From positions 1,559,110-1,591,109 of the forward strand of contig NC_001263.1 in assembly GCF_000008565.1 (NCBI RefSeq): a DNA stretch of 32,000 nt. The letters are read 5' to 3'. The notes beneath the pieces are model-generated. The model was not told the DNA's origin. It saw nothing but the letters and a program-made list of their open reading frames with translations, and searched no databases. Shown here piece by piece: positions 13,892 to 24,502 of the stretch (within the stretch, counting starts at the first letter, position 1; each line of letters starts with the position of its first letter). The translations under genes were made by a program, and so were the position numbers. This DNA is from Deinococcus radiodurans R1 = ATCC 13939 = DSM 20539 (GTDB lineage Bacteria > Deinococcota > Deinococci > Deinococcales > Deinococcaceae).

Positions 13892-14051
13892 GCCGTAAAG
13901 AATGCGGCGGCGAGCCTCAGAAAGTCTTTACGTTTCCGCACGTTGTTCCCCCCGTTCAGGGGGGGCAGCTAGGCAGACGGGCCGCTTTCGGGCCGGGCAG
14001 CGCCGCCCAGCTCCGTGGGCTCTGCGGCAGTCGGCGGCCCCCGGCCCCACC

Positions 14052-14057
14052 TATACT
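14052..14057 (+). promoter_or_regulatory. candidate -10 box (TATACT) for bshA
   Basis: TAnnnT hexamer 8 nt upstream of ATG 14066. No SD. Confidence 0.45.
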
Positions 14058-14065
14058 TCCCGGCG

Positions 14066-15250
14066 ATGAGCTTTTTTTCTCCTCCGTCGGCCAGCGTCGC
14101 CAGCACACTCGGGCCCAAAATCGCGGTGCTGTGCCACACCGGGGCGGGCGGCTCCGGCGTGGTCGCCACCGAGCTCGGCTTGAAAGTGGCCGACGCCGGG
14201 CACGAGGTGCACTTCGTGGGCACCGCTATGCCCTTTCGCCTGACCGGACACCAGGGCCTGCGCGGGCCGTACTTTCACCAGGTGGGCGGCTTCGCCTACG
14301 CGCTGTTCGAGCAGCCCTTTCCCGAACTGAGCGCGGCAAACACGCTCTCCGAAGTCATTCTGGAACACGGCGTGGACCTCACCCACGCCCACTACGCCAT
14401 TCCGCACGCCAGCGCCGCCCTGCACGCCCGCTCCATCACCGGCAAGACCCGCGTGCTGACCACCCTGCACGGCACCGACGTGACGCTGGTAGGCACCGAG
14501 CCCGCCTTTCAGCACACCACCCGCCACGCCATCGAGCGCAGCGACCACGTGACGGCGGTGTCGCACTCGCTCGCCGCCGAGACGCGCGAGGTGTTCGGGG
14601 TGGACCGCGATATTGAGGTCATTCACAACTTCGTGGACAGTGACCGCTTCCGGCGCATTCCCGACCCCGGCGTGCGCGCCCGTTTTGCCCACCCCGAAGA
14701 AGCCCTGATCGTACATGTCAGCAACTTCCGGCCCATCAAGCGGGTGGAGGACGTGGTGCAGGTCTTCGCGCGCATCGCCTCCGAGATTCCGGCGCGGCTG
14801 CTGATGATCGGGGACGGCCCCGAGCGTGCCCGCGCCTTCGAACTCGCCCGCGAACTCGGGGTCATCGGGCGCACGCAGTTTCTGGGGTCGTTTCCTGACG
14901 TGCAGACGGTGCTCGGCATCAGCGACCTCTTTTTGCTGACCAGCTCGCACGAGAGTTTCGGCCTCGCCGCGCTCGAAGCGATGAGCTGCGAGGTGCCGGT
15001 GGTGGCGTCGAACGCCGGGGGCATTCCCGAAGTCGTGCAGCACGGCGTGAACGGTTTTCTGTCGGACGTGGGCGACGTGGACGACATGGCGCATCACGCG
15101 CTCAAGATTCTGCGCGACCAGGAAACCTATCAGCAGATGGGACAGGCGGCGCGGCGCACGGCGGTGGAGCAGTTTCACCCGCGCCTGATCGTGCCGCAGT
15201 ACCTCGCGGCGTACCGGCGACTGGCCGAGCAGTCCGCCTCCACCTTTTGA
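14066..15250 (+). CDS. bshA: GT4 glycosyltransferase, N-acetyl-alpha-D-glucosaminyl L-malate synthase (bacillithiol biosynthesis)
   Basis: [21 protein letters not shown]..., [32 protein letters not shown] and [29 protein letters not shown] match my memory of Bacillus BshA closely along the full length. Confidence 0.85.
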   Translation: MSFFSPPSASVASTLGPKIAVLCHTGAGGSGVVATELGLKVADAGHEVHFVGTAMPFRLTGHQGLRGPYFHQVGGFAYALFEQPFPELSAANTLSEVILEHGVDLTHAHYAIPHASAALHARSITGKTRVLTTLHGTDVTLVGTEPAFQHTTRHAIERSDHVTAVSHSLAAETREVFGVDRDIEVIHNFVDSDRFRRIPDPGVRARFAHPEEALIVHVSNFRPIKRVEDVVQVFARIASEIPARLLMIGDGPERARAFELARELGVIGRTQFLGSFPDVQTVLGISDLFLLTSSHESFGLAALEAMSCEVPVVASNAGGIPEVVQHGVNGFLSDVGDVDDMAHHALKILRDQETYQQMGQAARRTAVEQFHPRLIVPQYLAAYRRLAEQSASTF

Positions 15251-15276
15251 CCGACGCTTCCCGGCGGCGCGCGGCG

Positions 15277-15282
15277 TAGCCT
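15277..15282 (+). promoter_or_regulatory. candidate -10 box (TAGCCT) for the histidine-kinase operon
   Basis: TAnnnT hexamer 7 nt upstream of ATG 15290. No SD. Confidence 0.4.
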
Positions 15283-15289
15283 GCCCGGC

Positions 15290-16995
<1,706 letters not shown>

Positions 16996-16999
<4 letters not shown>

Positions 17000-18027
17000 C
17001 CGCGCCGCCTCCCCTTGCCGGGCGACCCCTGCTGCCCGTGCTGGCGCGGATGGCGCTGGGGCTGGGGCTGGTGGTTCTGGGCGGCGCACTCCTCTGGCAG
17101 GGCGTGACCCTCAAGCCCACGCCGGGCCTCGCCGCGACGAGCACGCCGTTCAGCGTCCCTCTGGACGGCACCTTGCCGCTCGACCTCGCCGAATCGGCCA
17201 GCCTGCGCTTCGGGAGTGACCGGGCGAATCTGGTGCTGGGGCCGCTGCCGGGGGGCAGTCCCGACCTGCTGCGCGGCGAGGCCCGGCACCGCGCCCAGAA
17301 CCCGCTGAGCGTGGACACCCGTCGCCTGGGCCACGACGTGCAGTTTCGCGCCTGGCTCGGCGTGCCGGCGCTGAGCAACGAGGGCGGCGTGGTCGTCACC
17401 AGTCCGCCCCCGCTGCAACACGAGGTCCGGGCGGCGCTGACCCCCAGTATTCCCCTCAGCCTGAACACCGAGACGGTGGGCGGCGACCAGACCATCGACC
17501 TGCGGACCCTGCGTCTGCGGGCGGTCACGGCGCGCAGTGAGGGCGGCACCCTCGACCTGACCCTGCCCGCGCGGCCCGGCGGCCCTTACGCGGCGGTCAC
17601 GCGCTCGGGTGACGTGCGGCTGCGGGCGGCCCCCGGCGCGAGCCCCGAGGCAGTGCGGGTCAACTCACGGAGCGGCAACCTGACGCTCAACCTCGCCGGC
17701 GCACGGCTCGACGCGCTGGGGGTGGGCAACCTGTCGGGCAACGTTTACCTGACCCTGCCCCAAATCGTCAACCGCGCCACCGTGACCACCATCGGCGGCG
17801 ACGTGGCCGTGACGGCGCCCCCCAGCAGCCGGGGGAACCTGGACATCCGCACCCAGAGCGGCACCGTGACCCTGCACGTGCCCGCTGGCCTGCGCGTTCG
17901 GGTGCGCTTCACCGACCGCGACACCCTGCTGCTGCCCGCCGGCACCCCGCCCGGCACTGCTCCCGCGCTCGACCTTTTCGTGGACGCCCCGGCGAACCGC
18001 TTTGTACTGAAAGAAGACGGGCAGTGA
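16996..18027 (+). CDS. membrane-anchored beta-repeat protein, LiaF C-terminal / DUF4097-like
   Basis: The ATG overlaps the kinase stop (ATGA). One N-terminal TM (LLPVLARMALGLGLVVLGGALLW). Repeated short-strand pattern SGDVRL / SGNLTL / SGNVYL / GGDVAV / SGTVTL, typical of DUF4097/LiaF-like domains. Confidence 0.7.
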
Positions 18028-18047
18028 CTCTGCCTCAAGGAGAATCT

Positions 18048-18701
18048 ATGACCACCCCCACTGTCCGTGTGCTGCTCGTTGACGACCACGCCGTCGTGCG
18101 CCAGGGTCTGCGCCTCTTTCTGGGGCTGGACGAAGGCATCGAAGTGGTGGGCGAGGCCGCCAACGGCGAAGAAGCCCTGCAAGAGGCCGAGCGCCTGCGC
18201 CCCGAAGTCGTCGTGATGGACCTGATGATGCCGGTGATGGATGGCATTACCGCCACCCGTGAGCTGCGCCGCCGCCTGCCCGACACCGAAGTCATCGCGC
18301 TGACCTCCACCCTGGAAGAAAACAAGGTGAACGGCGCGATTGAGGCCGGGGCCATCTCGTACATGCTCAAGGACGCCTCCAGCGACACCCTGGCCGACGC
18401 CATCCACGCGGCGGCGCGCGGCGAAGTGCGGCTGCATCCCGAAGCGGCGCGGCGGCTGGTGCGCGATTTCCGGTCGCCGGAGATGCGCGAGAGCCTGACC
18501 CCCAAGGAAACCGCCGTGCTGCAACTGCTGGCGCGCGGGCAGAGCAACAAGGACATCGCCGCCGAACAGGGCGTGAGCGAGGCGACGGTCAAGACCCACG
18601 TGTCGCGGCTGCTGAGCAAGCTGGGGCTGGACAGCCGGACGCAGGCGGCGCTCTACGCCCTCAAATACGGGATTGCCAGTCTGGAGGGCGTGGAGTTGTG
18701 A
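18048..18701 (+). CDS. NarL/LuxR-family response regulator
   Basis: REC domain ([24 protein letters not shown] in YMLKD). C-terminal LuxR HTH ([44 protein letters not shown]). AAGGAG lies 5 nt upstream of ATG 18048. Confidence 0.93.
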   Translation: MTTPTVRVLLVDDHAVVRQGLRLFLGLDEGIEVVGEAANGEEALQEAERLRPEVVVMDLMMPVMDGITATRELRRRLPDTEVIALTSTLEENKVNGAIEAGAISYMLKDASSDTLADAIHAAARGEVRLHPEAARRLVRDFRSPEMRESLTPKETAVLQLLARGQSNKDIAAEQGVSEATVKTHVSRLLSKLGLDSRTQAALYALKYGIASLEGVEL

Positions 18702-19425
18702 AGAGCGCAGGCAGCGACCGGCCCCGGCTGGTGCTGGCGATGCTCGCCGTGACCTGCGCGGGCCACCTGCTGCGCTGGGCCGTCTCGCCGGAGTCTGCGG
18801 GACTGGCGCTGGGCCCAGGCGCTTTTTTGCTGCTGCCGGTCCTTGCCGTCGCCGCGCTGTGCGTGGGCCGTCCGCATCCCGGCGTGCGCTGGGGCGCGGG
18901 CCTGGCGCCGCCCTGGCCGCCGCGTGGTGCGACTTCGTGCTGCTCGACCCGCAGTACAACCAGGACGCGAACATTAGCCTGGGACTGTACCTGCTCGGCG
19001 GCTTCGTGCTGGTGCTGGGACCGGCGGCGCTGCTCGGGGGTCTGCTGGGTCGGGTGCTTCTACCCAACGCCGTACGGGAGAAACCGCTGCCCCCACTGTC
19101 CTGGCGCGGCTGGGGCTGGCCGCTGGTGCTGCCGCTGCTCGGCGCCGCGCTCGGCGGGTGGGCTGAGTGGCAGCTGCTGAGCCGGGCGCGGGAGGACTAC
19201 GCCAAATACCATCTGCCGGCGCCTGATCTGAGCCTGGTCTTGCTCGGTGAACTGCCGACGCTGCTGCTCCTGTTGGCCGTTCTCGCACTCCCGCTGGTTT
19301 TGCTGCGGCAACAGGCGCAAAGGCAGGGGCAAGTCCACCCCTGGCTCGGCGTCTGGTGGGCCACCGCCGCGCTGCTCACCCTGGCGCAGTTCTGGTGGGC
19401 GACGTGGCCCCGGTTGGGGGGGTGA
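18698..19425 (+). pseudogene. polytopic membrane protein, apparently frame-shifted near 18890-18910
   Basis: GTG 18698 overlaps the regulator stop (GTGA). It opens a GC3-rich frame with two TM-like helices. After about 18900 that frame degenerates, while a second frame becomes GC3-rich and TM-like through to TGA 19425. Alternative without a shift: GTG 18859 in the second frame. Confidence 0.5.
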
Positions 19426-19458
19426 GGCGCCCTTCCAAGCGCCCAGTCATCACCCCCA

Positions 19459-20379
19459 CTAGCCATTGAGCAGCGTCACCGCCCCCGGCAGCACCCGCGC
19501 CCGCACCTGCTCGGCCTGACCGTAGAGGTCGCCGTCGAGGTGCAGGAACATCGGCTGCGACCAGTGCAGCTCCATGACCCGCCCGGTGCCGTGATGGACG
19601 CGCGGGTGCCCGAGGTGACGCCCCGGCAGCACCCGTGCCATCAGTTCGATGAGTTGCAGGCGGCTGAGCGGCCCGCTGCACACCGCGTTGAGTAAGCCGT
19701 CGCGCGCCGCCGACGCCGGGCTGATGCGAAAGCCGCCGCCGTAGCGCGTACCGTTCATGACGGCGGCGAGCGCACTCTGGCCCTGGTAGAGCGTCTCGCC
19801 GTCTACCCGCAGCGTCAGCTCGGCGAGCGGCAGGCGGCCCAGCGACGCGGCGGCGCCCCAGGCGTAGCGCCAGAAACCGGGGAGCTGCCGGGGGGCGCGT
19901 AGGTAGGCGTGCGTCACCTGCGCGTCGAAGCCGGTGCCGAGGCCGTTGAGCAGGGGCTTTTTCAGCCCGGCGTGGTCGCCGCGCACCACCTCGGCCTCCA
20001 GCGCGTCTACCTGCCGGGGCGGCTCACTCAGGCGGCCGAGCGCCCCGGCGAACTGCCCCGGCTTCAGGCCCAGCATCCCGGCGAAGTCGTTGCCGCTCCC
20101 CAGCGGCACGAGGGCCAGAGGGCGCCCGGTGCCGACGAGCGCGGGGAGCAGCGCCCCCACCGTGCCGTCGCCCCCCGCCGCCAGCACCGGCTGACCGGGC
20201 GGCAGCGCCTGCACCTCGGCCAGTGCCCCGGCCCCGCTCTGCGCGGCGACCAACTGGTACGCGATGCCCCGCGCTTCCAACTCGCCGCGCAGCCGGGGCC
20301 ACTCGCGCCCGGCCAACCCGCGCCCGGCCTGGGCATTGAGAACGACGGCAAAGGGCAGCGCGGACGAAGCGGTTGTCAC
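19459..20379 (-). CDS. diacylglycerol-kinase-family lipid kinase (YegS/BmrU-like)
   Basis: DAGK catalytic-domain motifs ([38 protein letters not shown]). Start placed at GTG 20379 because TATGCT lies 9 nt upstream. The track start GTG 20415 is the alternative. Confidence 0.85.
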   Translation of the reverse strand: MTTASSALPFAVVLNAQAGRGLAGREWPRLRGELEARGIAYQLVAAQSGAGALAEVQALPPGQPVLAAGGDGTVGALLPALVGTGRPLALVPLGSGNDFAGMLGLKPGQFAGALGRLSEPPRQVDALEAEVVRGDHAGLKKPLLNGLGTGFDAQVTHAYLRAPRQLPGFWRYAWGAAASLGRLPLAELTLRVDGETLYQGQSALAAVMNGTRYGGGFRISPASAARDGLLNAVCSGPLSRLQLIELMARVLPGRHLGHPRVHHGTGRVMELHWSQPMFLHLDGDLYGQAEQVRARVLPGAVTLLNG

Positions 20380-20388
20380 AGTCCAGCC

Positions 20389-20394
20389 AGCATA
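20389..20394 (-). promoter_or_regulatory. candidate -10 box (TATGCT) for the lipid kinase gene
   Basis: TAnnnT hexamer on the minus strand, 9 nt upstream of GTG 20379. Confidence 0.3.
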
Positions 20395-20508
20395 GAGCAG
20401 CGCGGAAAAAGGCACCCCTTACGGACTGCGCTCCATTCCAGCACAGGCGGAAAAGCACCGCCTGCGCTTCCATACCGCGAAACCCGTATTTTTCCTCCTC
20501 GCATCCGC

Positions 20509-20540
20509 TTGGATTGAATCCAAAACAACTGGATTCAATC
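20509..20540. promoter_or_regulatory. paired AT-rich palindromes (TTGGATT-G-AATCCAA and GGATT-C-AATC), centres 20 bp apart
   Basis: Perfect 7+1+7 palindrome at 20509-20523. Related site at 20531-20540. The two can also pair as a 10-bp hairpin (20512-20521 with 20531-20540). Located between the epimerase stop and the lipid kinase start. Confidence 0.3.
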
Positions 20541-20587
20541 GGAATCTGTATCAGGTGCCCCGGAGTGCCCTCTGCCGCTCTTGCGCT

Positions 20588-21733
20588 TCAGCCTTCCCAG
20601 TCCGCCGGACGCTCAGTCAACCCAAAGTGCCAGGCGATGGCCGCCGCAATTCGCCCCGCCGCCTGCCCGTCGCCGTAGGGGTTGCGGGCCGCGCGCATGC
20701 GGGCGAGTTCGGCCTCGTTGCCGAGCAGGCCGGTCAGCACCTCCTCCAACTGCGCGGGGTCGTTGCCGGCCAGCTTCAGCACGCCCGCTTCCACGCCCTC
20801 GGGCCGCTCGGTCACGTTGCGCAGTACCGCGACGGGCACGCCGAGCGCTGCGCCTTCTTCCTGCAACCCGCCCGAATCGGTGGCGAGCAGCACCGACGCG
20901 GCCATCAGCGGGGCCATGTCGGAGTAATCCAGCGGGTCCACCAGCTCGAAGTTCGGCACGCTGCCCAGTACCGGGCGCACCGCCTCCTGCACGGCGGGCG
21001 AGAGATGCACCGGGTAGATGAAGTGATGATTGGGGAACGCGGCGGCCACCCGCCCGAGCGCCTGCGCCATCTCGCGCATGGTCGGCTGGTTTTCGCGGCG
21101 GTGCATGGTGACGGTGACGAGCGGCTGCCCAGCGTCGCGGCGCGCCTGCCACTCGGGACGCAGCGGCACCCGCCCGGCGACCTCGCGCACGGCGTCCACG
21201 GCGGTCTGTCCGGTCACGAAGATCCCCGTGTCCGGCTTGCCCTCGCGCCGCAGGTTCTCGCGGCTCGCGGCGGTGGGCGCAAAGTCGAGCGTGGACAGCA
21301 CGCCGGTCAGTCGGCGGTTGGCCTCCTCGGGAAACGGCTCGCGCAGATTGCCTGAGCGCAGGCCAGCTTCCACGTGGCCCACCGGAATCCCCTCGTAAAA
21401 GGCCGAAAGCGCCACGCAGAACGAGGTGGACGTGTCGCCGTGGACGAGCACCATGTCGGCCCCCATCTCGCGCAGCACCTTGCCCGCTTGAGGCACGATG
21501 CGGGCGGTCAGGTCGGCGAGCGTCTGGCGGTCGGTCATCACGTTCAAGTCGCGGTCGGGTGTCAGGTCAAAAACATTCAGCGCGGCGTCGAGCATCTGCC
21601 GCTGCTGCCCAGTAGACAGAATCAGCGGCGTCAGGCCGGGCGTGCGCTCCAGGGCGCGGTAGACAGGGGCCATCTTGGTGGCCTCGGGGCGGGTGCCGAA
21701 AGCGAGGACGATGCGGCGGTCAGGTTGGGACAT
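20588..21733 (-). CDS. wecB: UDP-N-acetylglucosamine 2-epimerase (non-hydrolysing)
   Basis: [24 protein letters not shown]..., [34 protein letters not shown] and [14 protein letters not shown] lies 8 nt upstream of ATG 21733. The long 5' extension in the track overlaps the upstream gene out of frame. Confidence 0.93.
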   Translation of the reverse strand: MSQPDRRIVLAFGTRPEATKMAPVYRALERTPGLTPLILSTGQQRQMLDAALNVFDLTPDRDLNVMTDRQTLADLTARIVPQAGKVLREMGADMVLVHGDTSTSFCVALSAFYEGIPVGHVEAGLRSGNLREPFPEEANRRLTGVLSTLDFAPTAASRENLRREGKPDTGIFVTGQTAVDAVREVAGRVPLRPEWQARRDAGQPLVTVTMHRRENQPTMREMAQALGRVAAAFPNHHFIYPVHLSPAVQEAVRPVLGSVPNFELVDPLDYSDMAPLMAASVLLATDSGGLQEEGAALGVPVAVLRNVTERPEGVEAGVLKLAGNDPAQLEEVLTGLLGNEAELARMRAARNPYGDGQAAGRIAAAIAWHFGLTERPADWEG

Positions 21734-21750
21734 AACAAACACTCCTAAAC

Positions 21751-22881
21751 TCAGTTGAGGTGCGGGGCCCGCTCGCGTTCGTGGGCCCGCACCCGCAACC
21801 GCGCCACGGCACCGAGGCTCAGGGCAATCACCAGCGCCGCGACCGCCACCACCAGGGGCTTCACCCCTTGCAGCAGCATGCCCGCCACGCCGCACAGCAG
21901 CGCCACGCCCCACAGGATGACCGCCGTGCGCCGCGCCGAGGCGGTGCGGGCGAGCACCCGGTGGTGAATGTGGGTCTTGTCGGGGTGCCCCAGCGGGTTG
22001 CGAATCCCCCGGCGCAGCCGCCCGATGACCACCTGGGTGGTGTCCATGACCGGCAGCGCCAGCACGATCAGCGGCACGATCAGGCTGGCGCCCGCGCTGA
22101 CTTTCAGCGTGCCGAGCAGACTCACGGCGGCCAGCGTAAAACCGATGAGGTACGAGCCCCCACCCAGGATGATGCGGCTGGGGCTGAAGTTGTAGCGCAG
22201 GTAGCCCAGGCAAGCGCCCGCGAGCCCGGCGAGGAGCACCACCGCCGCCGCGCGGTCGGAAAACTGCGCCGCCGTGATGAGCAGCACCATGCTCACGATA
22301 AAGCCCAGGCCGCCCACCACGCCGTCCACCCCGTCCATCAGGTTGACCGCGTTGGTCAGGCCCACGATCCACAGGATGGTCAGGACGGTGCTGAGGGGGT
22401 CGTTGACCACGTCAGGCAGGGTCGGCAGGAAAGGAATGGCGTTGAAATCCATCTTCAGCCCATTGACCATCAGGAGGACCGCCGCGAGCACCTGCACCAC
22501 CAGCCGCAGCGCGGGCGAGAGGTCCGCCCGGTCGTCGATGAAACCCAGAAACATCATCAGGGTCGCGCCGAGCATGATGGCGAGCACCTGAATATTGACG
22601 AGTTCCACGGCGATAGGCCGAATCGCCCAGGCCACGATGATGCTCACGATAAAACCCGCAAAAATGCCCAGCCCGCCCGCGTTGGGCAGCGGTTCCTTGT
22701 TCAGTCGCCGGGCGTTGGGCATGTCGGCCCAGCCCGCCTGCACCGCAAATTCGCGCAGCCGGGGCATAAAAAACCAGGTAAAGAGCAGCGCCGTGACGAA
22801 CGTCACCAGAACGCTCAGGAAACCGGCCCCGAAAGGGTCGGCGATGCCGAGTTGCGCCGCGAGCGCCCGCAAAGAGTCCAT
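21751..22881 (-). CDS. wecA: polyprenyl-phosphate GlcNAc-1-phosphate transferase (WecA/TagO, MraY-like GT4 family)
   Basis: 376 aa with about 10-11 TM helices. Motifs ...PNAGGLGIF..., FLGFIDD and [11 protein letters not shown] are typical of the WecA/TagO/MraY superfamily. It sits directly upstream of the epimerase (17-nt gap). Confidence 0.9.
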   Translation of the reverse strand: MDSLRALAAQLGIADPFGAGFLSVLVTFVTALLFTWFFMPRLREFAVQAGWADMPNARRLNKEPLPNAGGLGIFAGFIVSIIVAWAIRPIAVELVNIQVLAIMLGATLMMFLGFIDDRADLSPALRLVVQVLAAVLLMVNGLKMDFNAIPFLPTLPDVVNDPLSTVLTILWIVGLTNAVNLMDGVDGVVGGLGFIVSMVLLITAAQFSDRAAAVVLLAGLAGACLGYLRYNFSPSRIILGGGSYLIGFTLAAVSLLGTLKVSAGASLIVPLIVLALPVMDTTQVVIGRLRRGIRNPLGHPDKTHIHHRVLARTASARRTAVILWGVALLCGVAGMLLQGVKPLVVAVAALVIALSLGAVARLRVRAHERERAPHLN

Positions 22882-22892
22882 AACGTGACCGG

Positions 22893-22898
22893 ATTCTA
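22893..22898 (-). promoter_or_regulatory. candidate -10 box (TAGAAT) for the wecA-wecB operon
   Basis: TAnnnT hexamer on the minus strand, 11 nt upstream of ATG 22881. No SD. Confidence 0.4.
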
Positions 22899-22976
22899 AA
22901 GGCTGGGGGCGGCGGGGGCATCAGACGAAAGGTGCAGTGGGCTTTTTCAGCGCTCGCCCCGCACCTCAAATTGAGG

Positions 22977-23600
22977 TCACTTCGTGCCGTAGATGCGGTC
23001 CCCGGCGTCCCCCAGCCCCGGCACGATGTAGCCGTGGTCGTTGAGGCGGCTGTCCACCGAGGCAGTCACGATGTCCACGTCGGGGTGCGCCTGTTGCACG
23101 GCGTGGATGCCCTCGGGCGCGGCGAGGATGGTCATCAGCTTGATGGACTGCGCGCCCGCGTCCTTGAGGTTCTGGATGGCGGCGTTGGCACTGCCGCCCG
23201 TCGCCAGCATGGGGTCGGTGAGAAACACGCGGCGCTCGGCGATGTCGGCGGGGAGCTTGGAGTAGTACGCCACCGGCGCGAGGCTCTGCGGGTCGCGGTA
23301 CATGCCGATGTGCCCCACCTTGGCCGCCGGCACGAGCGTCACGATGGCGTCGGTCATGACCAGGCCCGCGCGCAAAATCGCCACCAGCGCCAGCTTCTTG
23401 CCGCTGAGCATGGGAAAGTCGCCTTCCTCGATGGGCGTCGCGAAGCGCACCGGCTCCACCTCGAGGTCGCGCATGGCTTCGTAGGCGAGCAGCAGACTGA
23501 GTTCGCCCGCGAGCTCGCGGAATTCCTTGACGCCGGTGCGCTCATCACGCATCAGCGAGAGCTTGTGCTGGACCAGGGGATGCTCGACGAGAGTGACCAT
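22977..23600 (-). CDS. upp: uracil phosphoribosyltransferase
   Basis: [21 protein letters not shown], the PRPP-binding loop [13 protein letters not shown], and the C-terminal [17 protein letters not shown]. Start at ATG 23600. Confidence 0.95.
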   Translation of the reverse strand: MVTLVEHPLVQHKLSLMRDERTGVKEFRELAGELSLLLAYEAMRDLEVEPVRFATPIEEGDFPMLSGKKLALVAILRAGLVMTDAIVTLVPAAKVGHIGMYRDPQSLAPVAYYSKLPADIAERRVFLTDPMLATGGSANAAIQNLKDAGAQSIKLMTILAAPEGIHAVQQAHPDVDIVTASVDSRLNDHGYIVPGLGDAGDRIYGTK

Positions 23601-23607
23601 GAGGCAC

Positions 23608-23613
23608 ACGATA
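23608..23613 (-). promoter_or_regulatory. candidate -10 box (TATCGT) for a leaderless upp mRNA
   Basis: TAnnnT hexamer on the minus strand, 7 nt upstream of ATG 23600. No SD. Confidence 0.4.
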
Positions 23614-23657
23614 GCGGGCCCGCGCCCGCCGCGCCGCGCCTTGCCCGACCCTCGGCT

Positions 23658-24494
23658 CTACTCTCCCGGCAGCCGCGCCAGCACGTGCCGCGCACGGGGA
23701 ATCTTTTTTTCGCGCTGGCTGTCGAACTCGTAGGGCTCGTTCATCAGGAACCAGTACAGGTCGTGCAGGGTGGTCATGGCGACGTAGGCGCGGTAGCGGC
23801 GCAGGGTGGCCGGCTGCTGGTCGGGCAGGAAGGTCAGCGCGGCGCTCAGGCTCTCGTCGGCGGGCAGCAGGTCGAGGGTGCCGGTCTTGAGCAGGGCGAG
23901 GTCGCGCAGCGGGTCGTCGGGGGCCGCCTTCGTCCAGTCGATGATGAGGACTTCGCCGCTCTCGCGGTTCATCAGGATGTTGTCGTGCCACAAGTCGAGA
24001 TGGCAAAAGGCGGCGGGCTGGTCGAAGAGCCCCTGGTCGAGCGGCACCTCCACCGCCTCGAAGAGGTCGCTCAGGCCATAGCCCGACAGCGACGAGCGAA
24101 AGCGCCGCAGCCGCTCCTGCACCCGCCGCAGGTCCACCCGGCCCTCACGGTGCTGGTGCAGCGCGGCGAGTTGCGTGCGCAGGGCCGGCAGCGCGCGGGT
24201 CACGTCCTCACGGGTCAGCGGGCGCCCGCTGAAACGGCGCAGCACGAGCGCCTCGATGCCGTCGGCCTCGGTGGCGTCGACGACCCACTCACCGAGCCCG
24301 GCGCGGCGCATGTTGGCGGCTTCGGTGCGGTGTTCGCCCTGGTGGTTGCGGTAGACCTTGACCACCGCCTCGCCGCCGGGCGTGGAGTAGACGCGGCTTT
24401 GCATCCCGCTGTCCATCGGCGTCAGGGGGCCGTAGCGGGCTTCCAGCACCGGAAAATGCGCCGGGGCCGCCGAGGAGAAGTTCGAGCCTCGCAC
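23658..24494 (-). CDS. aminoglycoside-phosphotransferase-like (APH/choline-kinase superfamily) small-molecule kinase
   Basis: Brenner motif [14 protein letters not shown], followed by LIIDWTKA. N-lobe lysine context AVVKVYR. The GTG start lies 8 nt after the stop of the upstream GAF-HD-GYP gene. Confidence 0.8.
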   Translation of the reverse strand: MRGSNFSSAAPAHFPVLEARYGPLTPMDSGMQSRVYSTPGGEAVVKVYRNHQGEHRTEAANMRRAGLGEWVVDATEADGIEALVLRRFSGRPLTREDVTRALPALRTQLAALHQHREGRVDLRRVQERLRRFRSSLSGYGLSDLFEAVEVPLDQGLFDQPAAFCHLDLWHDNILMNRESGEVLIIDWTKAAPDDPLRDLALLKTGTLDLLPADESLSAALTFLPDQQPATLRRYRAYVAMTTLHDLYWFLMNEPYEFDSQREKKIPRARHVLARLPGE

Positions 24495-24502
24495 GCCAGA
24501 GG

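Noticed and set aside
19426-19458. Terminator between the convergent membrane-protein and lipid-kinase genes
   Set aside because: There is only a 5-bp GGCGC/GCGCC stem with no U-tract, which is too weak to call.
20024-20473. 149-aa minus-strand ORF starting in the intergenic region (GAGGAGG lies 20 nt upstream of its ATG) and overlapping the lipid kinase gene out of frame
   Set aside because: The SD spacing is too long. The translation is Arg/Ala/Gly-rich, and it overlaps a gene with clear DAGK motifs.
21728-21736. Half-site ACATAA resembling part of the Deinococcus radiation/desiccation response palindrome
   Set aside because: There is no matching TTATGT arm at the expected spacing, and it simply overlaps the epimerase start codon region. 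By eye I found no full RDRM-like palindrome in any intergenic region of the window.
21734-22372. 213-codon in-frame 5' extension of the UDP-GlcNAc 2-epimerase ORF
   Set aside because: The extension overlaps the wecA/tagO coding region in another frame and reads as Gly/Arg/Pro junk. A good AGGAG plus ATG at 21733 gives the canonical [18 protein letters not shown]-terminus.
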